DNA of 64,000 nucleotides, taken from Nitrospirales bacterium (lineage in GTDB: Bacteria; Nitrospirota; Nitrospiria; Nitrospirales; UBA8639). The translations under genes and the position numbers were made by a program. Shown piece after piece: positions 30,085 to 38,913 of this stretch. The DNA is taken from assembly GCA_965223295.1 (NCBI GenBank), contig CBDCWC010000002.1, forward strand, positions 1,440,001 to 1,504,000, read 5' to 3'. Below the pieces are notes generated by a model, which saw only the letters and a program-made list of their open reading frames with translations, made no database searches and was not told where the DNA came from. Position 1 is the stretch's first letter; each line of letters starts with the position of its first letter.

Positions 30085-31287
30085 GTGATGAAAGTACTCT
30101 TAGCAAATAAATTCTTTTTTCTTAATGGAGGTTCTGAGACCGTCTATTTCCAAGAACGAGATTTCTTGAAGAAGAATGGATTTGAAGTCGTAGATTTTTC
30201 AATGCAGGATAACAGGAACTTCCCCTCAGCTTATTCAAACTATTTCGTCAACAACGTGGAATACAGCTCTAGGGATTCACTCGTTAGCAACCTAAAGACT
30301 AGCCTTTCTTTTATTCGCTCAGGTGAAGCTGTACATAAATTATCTCAGCTCATTGATCGTACTCATCCCGAGATAGCTCACCTACACAACATTTATCATC
30401 AATTGACACCTTCAATTATTCCTATCTTGAAAAAAAAGGGCATTAAAGTCATTTTGACTTTACATGACGGTAAACTCATCTGTCCCTCCTATACGATGTT
30501 AAATCATGGTAAAATCTGCACTATTTGTAATGGGGACACCTTTTACAAGTCCGTAACGAGTCAATGTCAGGACTCTTCTAAAAAAGGAGTGCTTCTTGCC
30601 GCCGAAGCATACTGGCACAAATGGTGGGGGAATTATGACCATGTAGACCTGTTTATCGCACCAAGCGGATTTCTCAGAAATTTACTTGCCAAAAGAAAAA
30701 ATTTTGGCAACCGTGTCGTTGTCTTGCCCAACGGCATCGATACGAGCGCTTATATACCCGACTACGAAGACCACGGGTACGTGTTATACTTCGGGCGGTT
30801 ATCTAAGGAAAAAGGTGTAGAAACATTGCTAGAAGCCTATTCAAGCCTTGAAATACCATTAAAGATTGTAGGTACGGGACCACTGGAAGATGAATTGCGG
30901 ATGCGTTTCCCGGAAGTAGAGTTTCTTGGCTACCAAACGGGACAATCTTTAATTGAAATCGTAAAACACGCCTCTCTGGTTGTGGTCCCCTCGGAATGGA
31001 ATGAAAACTGTTCAATGGCCATACTCGAAGCTATGGCACTGGGAAAACCCATCATTGCCTCACGCGTTGGAGGCATTCCCGAACAAATCGACGATCAGAA
31101 AACGGGAATTCTATTTGATATGGGTAATGTCCAAAATTTACATGAAGGTATATCTTCCCTCTGGAGAAGGCCATCCCTACGCCAAGAAATGGGACGAGCC
31201 GCAAGACGTAAGCTTGAACAGGAATTTTCACTAGAGAAACATTGCGATAAACTGGTAGAGTTGTACAAATCAGTTGTTATGACATAA
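30085..31287 (+). CDS. GT4 family glycosyltransferase
   Basis: GGSE, HLHNIYHQL, TLHD, YFGRLSKEKG, PSEWNENCSMAILEAMALGKP, GGIPE. Confidence 0.92.
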   Translation: MMKVLLANKFFFLNGGSETVYFQERDFLKKNGFEVVDFSMQDNRNFPSAYSNYFVNNVEYSSRDSLVSNLKTSLSFIRSGEAVHKLSQLIDRTHPEIAHLHNIYHQLTPSIIPILKKKGIKVILTLHDGKLICPSYTMLNHGKICTICNGDTFYKSVTSQCQDSSKKGVLLAAEAYWHKWWGNYDHVDLFIAPSGFLRNLLAKRKNFGNRVVVLPNGIDTSAYIPDYEDHGYVLYFGRLSKEKGVETLLEAYSSLEIPLKIVGTGPLEDELRMRFPEVEFLGYQTGQSLIEIVKHASLVVVPSEWNENCSMAILEAMALGKPIIASRVGGIPEQIDDQKTGILFDMGNVQNLHEGISSLWRRPSLRQEMGRAARRKLEQEFSLEKHCDKLVELYKSVVMT

Positions 31288-31665
31288 TTGCTTCCCCCCT
31301 CCCCCTCAATACCAGATACCAAGTTAAGAAGTCTGTTTCGCAACGAAATGTTGAATGAGAAAAGCTCACGCCTAAATCACATTATGAATGGAAGTAAGAA
31401 GTGGGCGCATTGATAGCAAGCTGGCTCCAGTTGTTAGAAAAGACGCGTAACATAGTATCCGTGGACAAAGGAGTCCGCCGACTGTCTTCAACAGACAATA
31501 TTCCTGTCAACTCAACCTACGACTAGTGAAGTCTCTGTAATCTATTTTTATCCTGAATTTTGAAATTTATCATTAAGCTCGAATTTCATACGGAACTCGA
31601 AAGACCATAAATTATTCATCATGAGTTAGCTACATACTTATTGAACATGGAGATGGGAGACTAGA

Positions 31666-32799
31666 ATGGATTTAACGATTATTCCCACATATCGATGCGA
31701 TTCTCGTTGTCAGATGTGCTACATCTGGAAGAATCCGACTGATCCACGGGAAGAGGTCACACTAGAAACACTATCAAAGTTGCCGGCTGGATTTGATAAT
31801 CTCAATGTTTCTGGAGGTGAACCAACGCTGCGCAAAGATCTTGTTGAGATTGTCGATATCTTACACCCAAAAGCACGAATTTTAGAGTTAAGCTCCAATG
31901 GTTTGCACCCGGAGAAGTTTATACCAATTATTAAGAAATATCCTGACATCAAAGTTCGCTTCAGTCTTGAGGGTGATGAAGCCACAAGCAACTCAATTCG
32001 AGGCGAAAAAAATGGCTACGAAACAAAGCTTGCTGGGCTAAAGAAATTACGAGAAGTTGGAGGCACCGACTTAGGTTTCGCCTTAGTGATTCAAGACGAA
32101 AACGTTTCGCAACTTGTAGACATGTACGAGATGGCTTGTTCTATGGGTTTTGAGTTTGCTACATCGACACTGCATAATGCTTGGCAGTTTTATAAAAATG
32201 ACAATTACTTCTATGACCGCCTAGCCGTTGCCAGACAAGTTGAAAAACTCATAACCTCTATGTTGAAGACGTACAACTTAAAAAACTGGTTTCGAGCATA
32301 CCTTAATCTTGGATTAATCGAAAAAATTCTTGGACATCCTAGGCTGATTCCATGTACGGCAGGAACAGATTTTGCTTTTATCGATCCCTGGTCTGACGTA
32401 TGGGCTTGCAACGTCCGATCTGATTTGCCGCTTGGAAACCTTGCAAAGCAATCATGGGAAGAGATTGTGGCAAGCAAGACCGCCTCAGAGTCTATAGAGA
32501 AGGTAAGTAATTGTGAGCAGAATTGCTGGATGGTGACAACCGCACGCACAGCCATGCGATCCTCCCTTATCCCCCAACTACCCAAGAGGCAGCCACTATT
32601 TTGGGTTCTTGGCAATAAATTGAGAGTTGTATTAGGAGCAGAGATCCCTTTTGAGCGATATATTAATTATTCACAGGTTGAACCAACTGAACACGTTCCA
32701 CGTATTTCCTATCTCACGCAAAGGCCTAAGGTAAAACTAGAACGTGACCGAATTACCGTCGACCAACGATATCCATTACGAGTGTTTGAAAACCTATAA
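31666..32799 (+). CDS. Radical SAM protein with SPASM/Twitch domain
   Basis: CDSRCQMC, SGGEPTLR, SSNG; C-terminal CTAG..FIDPW.DV.AC...LGNL...CEQNC. Confidence 0.9.
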   Translation: MDLTIIPTYRCDSRCQMCYIWKNPTDPREEVTLETLSKLPAGFDNLNVSGGEPTLRKDLVEIVDILHPKARILELSSNGLHPEKFIPIIKKYPDIKVRFSLEGDEATSNSIRGEKNGYETKLAGLKKLREVGGTDLGFALVIQDENVSQLVDMYEMACSMGFEFATSTLHNAWQFYKNDNYFYDRLAVARQVEKLITSMLKTYNLKNWFRAYLNLGLIEKILGHPRLIPCTAGTDFAFIDPWSDVWACNVRSDLPLGNLAKQSWEEIVASKTASESIEKVSNCEQNCWMVTTARTAMRSSLIPQLPKRQPLFWVLGNKLRVVLGAEIPFERYINYSQVEPTEHVPRISYLTQRPKVKLERDRITVDQRYPLRVFENL

Positions 32800-33050
32800 T
32801 TTCTGAGTATTCAACAGATCTTAAGCTCAAGCGCTTTGTAGGGTGCTTAATCTCAAATAACTCACTTTTATATAGATGTTGCCCTTGGCGATTGACCAGA
32901 TTTTGTAATCTTCCAATCGACCCAATCAAAGTTTAATATTTGGGATGAAATAGAGTGTTCCTCGAGAGCTGCCTCATCTATTTCCCAGCGATTATGCTGT
33001 GGTTTCCGTAGAATGGAGCCAGTAAAGTCCGACAATGTAAGTTCGTTTCA

Positions 33051-33303
33051 GAGAGTGTTGAATTATGAAGATATCAACAGCCATATTTCGCCAGGAAATC
33101 TTTGGCGATCAACAGCGTCGGGCTGGATCCAAAAAGTCCGCTCGCATGCGCGAAACCGCTTTCAGCCTTCGTAGACACTGCGGCGAAGTAGGCCCGGCGA
33201 AGCCAGGTCCAGCAAGGCCACGGCCATTTTTGTGCAGAGCGCACTGGCTCGACCTGAGCACGGAAAAATGGCGCGATTGCTGCTAGCTTTTTTCAACAGC
33301 CCC
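33051..33303 (+). mobile_element. MITE family copy 2 (253 bp, two nested hairpin inserts), 5-bp target duplication TTTCA
   Basis: GAGAGTGTTGAA...TTTTTTCAACAGCCCC; TTTCA at 33046-33050 and 33304-33308. Confidence 0.88.
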
Positions 33304-33373
33304 TTTCATCTCAATCGGTTACATCCGTAAACATTTGCATGCTCTGTGTCCTTCAATATAATCAGGAATTCCA

Positions 33374-34477
33374 GTGCGTGTCCTAGTAATTGGATTACGA
33401 GGAATACCAGGAATTCAGGGTGGCATAGAGACTCATGCCGAACATCTCTATCCTCTCCTAGTGACCCTCGGCTGCCAGGTTGAGGTGTTAGTCCGTCCAG
33501 CCTTCTATCCAAATGGAGTCCCAAAAGATTGGCGCGGAGTGAAGTTGCGAGGAGTGTGGTGTCCAAATATTACAGGTCTTGAGGCCTTTGCACATACTTT
33601 TCTTGGAGTACTCTATGCTGGCGTTATTCGTCCTGATGTCCTCCACGTCCATGCGGTTGGCCCAGGACTCATGATTCCACTTGCTCGGCTATTACGACTT
33701 CAAGTCGTCTTCACTCATCATGGCCCTGATTATAATCGCGAAAAGTGGGGGAAAGTAAGTCGCTGGGCATTGCGTACCGGAGAACGATGGGCAGTGAGTT
33801 TTTCGCATCAATCAATAGCTGTTTCTGAATGGATACGGAAACTTGTACAAAAAAAATATGAAAAAGACATCTTAGCTATCCCTAACGGAGTTTCCATTCC
33901 AAAGATACGAGACACTACCGTTACACTAGAAAATCTTAACTTAGTCCAACATCAATACATTCTACAAGTCGCTCGTTTCGTACCGGAAAAGAGACAATTG
34001 GATTTGATCAAAGCGTTTAGACGCGCCAAGATGTCAGGGTGGAAGCTTGTCTTCGTAGGTGAAGTGGACAAAAAAACTCAGTACGGACAAGACGTCACCT
34101 CGGAGATCAACGATGACCCTGCAATCGTTCTAGCAGGTTTCCAAAGTGGAATCCCGCTGAGTGAGCTTTATAGTCATGCAGGGATGTTTGTCTTACCCTC
34201 ATCTCATGAAGGACTTCCAATTGTCCTCCTCGAAGCCCTCAGCTACGGACTTCCCGCTCTGGCAAGTGATATACCTGCCAATCGGGAGATTGGACTGGCT
34301 CAAGATTGTTACTTTCCAGTCGGTAATATATCAGCACTATGCCATCTTTTACGCGACATAGAAACACCGGGATTCCCTATACATAACCGAGACCATATAA
34401 GGAGGTTTGTCAAAAAGAACTATGACTGGAACTTCATTGCACAAAGAACGCTGGAAGCCTATTCCGACTTAGTGTAA
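33374..34477 (+). CDS. GT4 family glycosyltransferase
   Basis: GLRGIP..QGGIE, HVHAVGP, THHGPDY.R.KWG, RFVPEK, PSSHEGLPIVLLEALSYG. Confidence 0.92.
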   Translation: MRVLVIGLRGIPGIQGGIETHAEHLYPLLVTLGCQVEVLVRPAFYPNGVPKDWRGVKLRGVWCPNITGLEAFAHTFLGVLYAGVIRPDVLHVHAVGPGLMIPLARLLRLQVVFTHHGPDYNREKWGKVSRWALRTGERWAVSFSHQSIAVSEWIRKLVQKKYEKDILAIPNGVSIPKIRDTTVTLENLNLVQHQYILQVARFVPEKRQLDLIKAFRRAKMSGWKLVFVGEVDKKTQYGQDVTSEINDDPAIVLAGFQSGIPLSELYSHAGMFVLPSSHEGLPIVLLEALSYGLPALASDIPANREIGLAQDCYFPVGNISALCHLLRDIETPGFPIHNRDHIRRFVKKNYDWNFIAQRTLEAYSDLV

Positions 34478-35019
34478 TACTTAGGTATTTCACCTTGTTA
34501 TTAGACAAGTTAAGAAAAGGCAATCCCTCAAAAACCAGAAAGGTCAGACTGAAAATTTAGTCCTGCCATCAAAACCTTTCCCAGATTTTCTTCCCATAGT
34601 CAAAACTGTCATCTTACCCTTCAGACGACTTTTTTATCTCCAATATCATGCACTCAGACACCAATTCATACAAATTCAAGCGCAAAATCACGACCTGAAT
34701 TTCATGAGCGCTCACACCGCAACTACACACCAACAACAAGTCTCAGTAAAAATCTATGACATAGAGGAATATACATACAACGGAAACGCAAGATTTAGCA
34801 GCCCTCAACACACGGAGTCACGACAGTTCGTGATAGAAAGGACATGTCTACTGTACACCACGAAAAATTGTTGTTAATAATGTAAGGCTTACTAATTACA
34901 CCCACATCATCCGTACAGCTTCTGGGGCAAAGAACCCGTTGAACGAATTGGCACGTTGTTTAAAAGTCGACACAACTGACCTTAAAAAATCGCGCACTCA
35001 CCTCTGCTGATAACCCCAA

Positions 35020-36372
35020 ATGAAATTGAATACGCAGTTCTCCCTTGTCTCTTGGATCATTTGTATGGGTGTGGTCGAAGCGCTTATTATCTTGTTTGTT
35101 GTTCCAGGGTTCACACAACTTTTTCCTGAACTTTATAACATCAACCATTTCCCAGATGGGTATGATAAACTGGCTTCAAATCTTGTAGCTGGTAACGGTT
35201 ATCGGTTTTTCCCCGATACCGCAGAGACGCTCTTGCGAACTCCTGGCTACCCCCTATTCCTCGCATTCGTCTTCTATTTTTTTCCTGACAATTTAGTTGC
35301 AGTACAAATCGCCAATCTGGTCTTGACCCTCGCCGCGGCCTGGCTTGTCGCTCTCCTTACGCAACGATTCACGAGCAGCAAACCTGCAGCTATTTTCGCC
35401 TCACTATCATTCCTGTTTCACCCAGCTATTGTAGCGTCCCAGAGTAGAGGCGGCGTGGCGGCGTTGTTTTATCTCGTTACGACTGGGTTCGTCCTCATAT
35501 TATGTAAGGCTTTTGAAAGCCAAAAGCCGCTTGACTTCATTTTCGCGGGACTACTGCTAGGACTCGCAACGACCGTGAAGAGTACGACAATATTGTTCCC
35601 AGCATTCTTATTCCTTTGTATATTGCTGACAAAGAACTGGCGAGAAAGCGTTCCTCTGTGGACACCAAGATTGATAGTTATGAGTGTCACCATGTTTGTT
35701 GTCCTGGCACCCTGGATTGCACGAAATTATTCGCTTGTCGATCGATTCGTTCCCACGATGGCTGTGGCTGGCACTTCAGCAACACACGGCCTATATGCCT
35801 GCAAGAATTTTTCCTTCAACATTAATATGGGCCAGCAATATAATGAGGCAGCCGAACAGCTTCAGGGGCTAGCGAAACAGCTCGAACTACATCACCGCTC
35901 AAAATTTTTCCAGTATTTCTATAAGACGGAGGATGAAGTACGATTCAATCAATATCTTTTGAGGACGGTGTACGATGAGTATCGAAGGTCACCTTTGCTA
36001 CTAGCTGAATGTTCGCTAAAAAACGCCTTCAATTTTTGGTTTTCGGGTCGGACCTGGACTTCAACCATTCTCAATGTATGTATCCAAGTTCCTTTTCTCC
36101 TTCTGTCCTTCCTTGGAATGTTCTTCTGTGTTCAGCATGGATACTTTAAACTCATGGTTCCAATTCTTGCATTTGCAACGTACTTCTATCTTGTCCATCT
36201 TCCGCTCATTGCTTTAGCCAGATACTCGGTACCCCTTATTCCTTTGCTCGCGATTTTCTGCGGGATCGCAATCGATGAATTACGAATGAGATGGGGGAGA
36301 TGCTTCAACTGTCAAAAAGACTCCCCCAGAACTCACAGCAATACCACTTCGAATCATGGGACTGTTGAATAA
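35020..36372 (+). CDS. GT-C fold (ArnT/PMT-like) membrane glycosyltransferase
   Basis: D.Y..LA.NL..G.GY, RTPGYPLFLA, F.FHP, GLLLGLAT.VK, PWIARNY, ARYSVP; multi-TM. Confidence 0.8.
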   Translation: MKLNTQFSLVSWIICMGVVEALIILFVVPGFTQLFPELYNINHFPDGYDKLASNLVAGNGYRFFPDTAETLLRTPGYPLFLAFVFYFFPDNLVAVQIANLVLTLAAAWLVALLTQRFTSSKPAAIFASLSFLFHPAIVASQSRGGVAALFYLVTTGFVLILCKAFESQKPLDFIFAGLLLGLATTVKSTTILFPAFLFLCILLTKNWRESVPLWTPRLIVMSVTMFVVLAPWIARNYSLVDRFVPTMAVAGTSATHGLYACKNFSFNINMGQQYNEAAEQLQGLAKQLELHHRSKFFQYFYKTEDEVRFNQYLLRTVYDEYRRSPLLLAECSLKNAFNFWFSGRTWTSTILNVCIQVPFLLLSFLGMFFCVQHGYFKLMVPILAFATYFYLVHLPLIALARYSVPLIPLLAIFCGIAIDELRMRWGRCFNCQKDSPRTHSNTTSNHGTVE

Positions 36373-36580
36373 TGATGATATCAACGACCAAATTTCGTCT
36401 CTGCGACATCACATGTCAGAGGCCTTGGGTCTATTCAAAAAAGTCCGCTCGCCTGCGCGAAGCCGCTTCGGCGAAGCCAGGTCCAGCAAGGCCCAGCCCT
36501 TTTTCGCGCGGAGCGTACTGGCAGTACGTGAGCACGGAAAAAGGGCGAGAACGCCGCTGGCGGCTTTTTTCAACAGATCC
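36358..36580 (+). mobile_element. MITE family copy 3 (223 bp, one nested insert), 6-bp target duplication AATCAT
   Basis: GGGACTGTTGAA...TTTTTTCAACAGATCC; AATCAT at 36352-36357 and 36581-36586. Confidence 0.9.
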
Positions 36581-36669
36581 AATCATAACGACGTGGAGTG
36601 ATAAGACCTTCTTGGTCAAGAGGTATTGAGGTCGGGTTCTAGTTCCTAGAAAAGGCATGTCTGTGGGGT

Positions 36670-37212
36670 TTAAGGGAAAATAGCTTGGACTGTCGATACT
36701 TTTTTGACAGCCTCAATAAGTTGTTGAGAGCCATTCACAATTATTGCACTATTGGCATTTTCCCAAATAGGCAAATCAACTTTGCTATTTCCCGCGTAGT
36801 CAAAACCGCCTTTTCCAAACTGTTTTATTAGAGCCTGCGATTTTTTTCTCCCCGTAAGGTTGACAGAATCACTACTAGCAAAAACTTGGTCGAAACATTT
36901 CAGATGTTTTGCTATCTTAATAGCCATTCGACGATGGGTTCCAGTGGCAAGAATGAGACTTCTTCCAGCTTTTCGCTCACTCAAAATAAAATCAAGGAAT
37001 GTAGGATGATAGGGGAGAGCTGTCAGATCAAAGGAGACTCTCTTAGAAACCTGGCCTTTCACAAAGGCTTTCCCATGAAGCAACCAAAATGGCAAGATAA
37101 ATAGATACAACATATTCCCCATAACCAGGATACGTAAGGACTCCCAAAATATATCGCTTTTTATAAGAGTTCCATCCAAATCCACGCACAATGGGATCTT
37201 CTCCTTCATCAT
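36670..37212 (-). CDS. HAD-family phosphatase of the type usually fused N-terminally to UbiA-family phosphoribosyltransferases
   Basis: PLCVDLDGTLIKSD, LPYH, ILATG, FDQVFAS...NLTG..K, FDYAGNS..DLPIW; start uncertain (37212 or 37242). Confidence 0.8.
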   Translation of the reverse strand: MMKEKIPLCVDLDGTLIKSDIFWESLRILVMGNMLYLFILPFWLLHGKAFVKGQVSKRVSFDLTALPYHPTFLDFILSERKAGRSLILATGTHRRMAIKIAKHLKCFDQVFASSDSVNLTGRKKSQALIKQFGKGGFDYAGNSKVDLPIWENANSAIIVNGSQQLIEAVKKVSTVQAIFP

Positions 37213-37296
37213 TAGATCATTTGGAATATGATCGAGACGCATCTCTAGCCATTTTACCCAAACTGTCGTGGACCATTCCTTGTGTTTTTATACACC

Positions 37297-37484
37297 GGGG
37301 CTGTTGAAAAAAACCACCTCTGACGTTCCCTGCCTTCGCCGGGCCTACTTCGCCGCAGTGACTACAAAAGATGAAAGCGGCTTCGCGCAGGCGAGCGGAC
37401 TTTTTGGAACCGACCTGACGCTATTGATCGCCAAGGGTTTCTTGAAGAAATATGGCCATTGATACCTTGATTATTCAATACTCC
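37297..37484 (-). mobile_element. MITE family copy 4 (188 bp; both nested inserts, most of the core deleted)
   Basis: Reverse complement matches copy 2 left arm and inserts; ends GGAGTATTGAA... / ...TTTTTTTCAACAGCCCC. Confidence 0.85.
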
Positions 37485-37784
37485 GATTCAAGAATTCCTC
37501 TCCTCCTGTGCCTCAACAGCACACCGCAAGATATTCAAGAACTAATTTGCAGGAAGGATGTCTTCTTTGGTGAAAGGAATTGCGGAAGATTCTGACAAGA
37601 ATGACAGGTCTGAACTCCGATGGCAGACAGAACGATTCTTACGTGTTTCCTGACGGAAGGAAATTGGGAATTCCCATATTTAAAGATCGACTAGAGTGGT
37701 TAAACAAATCTAAGAATTTGCTTCGCACACGTACCCAGATCTGGAAAATGTATCCAGTCCGAAGATAACCGTACTCCCCATCAT

Positions 37785-38807
37785 TCAAAATGTCCATAGT
37801 GGGCTCACCTGATTCGGTAAGACATTAAACCAATCATACAACTGAGGAATATCAGTAAATAGAAGGATCAATACAATTAGCATACATGTCGCGGCACCAA
37901 GAACAAGCCATTTCTCCTTATAAAGATGTTCTGGCGCTTGGACGGTACTATCTTTTTTGAACCCAATATGAAAATAATACGCTGTAAAACCCAATATGAA
38001 TGGAGCGGATAGTATCAACTCGAAATGATACTTTATAATAAAAATACCAAAACACAATGCAAAGAGCGACAGATAGTACACCATGCTTGAAAGGAGCCGT
38101 GGTTCTGTATAATACCCAAATGATTTTCGGTATTCTTGCGCAATCTTTGGATTATTAATTGTGCGGTATTCCGCAAACCGTTTTGTTGCCATAAAGAATG
38201 CACCAAGGAACCAAAAAGCAAGTAGAAGCGAAACTGACGGCAGCTGATAGGGTATCAAGACAAACCAACCTAACAATAGACGGATTGGATTATTCACAGA
38301 TTCGGATAATACATCGAGGTACGGTAAGTCTTTGAATCGAAAAGGAGCAACATTATAAATTAACCCCATGAGAACCAAAGCCATACTGGTATACAAAAAC
38401 CAGCGATTAACCAAAGCAGCGAGAGTAAGTCCGAGAACGGCGAGAGTAATCCATTCTATATAGGCAACATGAGTATTGACGAGACCGGATGGAATCGGAC
38501 GGAATTTCTTTTTTGGGTGAAAACGATCAAATTGAGCATCCTGAATTTCATTAAGAACATAGTTGCTTGAAGCAAGTATGCAAGTAGCCGCTACACCAAG
38601 ACCCAAGAGGGCAAAATGACTCCATGTCAATGTATTTGGAGCATGAAAGCCTCCTAAAAATACTCCGGCGAGCATAAAGACATTTTTAAACCAGTGATCG
38701 ACTCGCATAATCGCGAGATAACTACGCCAATGAAGGAACAGTTCGCCAAAATCTACAACCTGTGAAAGCCTGTTTGTTTTAGACATCGTCGTATGCCACT
38801 TTATCAA
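37785..38807 (-). CDS. UbiA-family polyprenyl-phosphate phosphoribosyltransferase (DPPR-synthase-like)
   Basis: MRVDHWFKN, SSNYVLNEIQD..FDRFHPKKKFRPIPSG, KRFAE, RKS..YY. Confidence 0.82.
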   Translation of the reverse strand: MIKWHTTMSKTNRLSQVVDFGELFLHWRSYLAIMRVDHWFKNVFMLAGVFLGGFHAPNTLTWSHFALLGLGVAATCILASSNYVLNEIQDAQFDRFHPKKKFRPIPSGLVNTHVAYIEWITLAVLGLTLAALVNRWFLYTSMALVLMGLIYNVAPFRFKDLPYLDVLSESVNNPIRLLLGWFVLIPYQLPSVSLLLAFWFLGAFFMATKRFAEYRTINNPKIAQEYRKSFGYYTEPRLLSSMVYYLSLFALCFGIFIIKYHFELILSAPFILGFTAYYFHIGFKKDSTVQAPEHLYKEKWLVLGAATCMLIVLILLFTDIPQLYDWFNVLPNQVSPLWTF

Positions 38808-38913
38808 TTTCTATAAGTCTGAGCTCTTTGTAGCACTAGTTAAGTATCTGACCTCTCTCAAATAATAAGTCTGAGATTGCGGCAATCGTCCTTCTCAGTT
38901 TTTGCAAGGAGTA

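Noticed and set aside
31340-31500. Possible fifth, degenerate MITE copy (GTTGAATGA...TTCAACAGAC)
   Set aside because: Only short terminal-like words match; the interior cannot be aligned by eye
34948-34964. TGGCACG sigma54 -24 box upstream of the GT-C gene
   Set aside because: The -12 GC is absent (TTTAA)
33065-37462. Short ORFs 33065-33286, 36356-36601, 36372-36629, 36431-36658, 37268-37462 (and 5221-5419) with mutually similar sequences
   Set aside because: They are translations of the MITE copies, not an independent small-protein family
36358-37484. Composite transposon of inverted MITE copies 3 and 4 carrying the HAD gene
   Set aside because: Copy 3 has its own AATCAT duplication on both sides, so it inserted independently; no shared duplication flanks the pair
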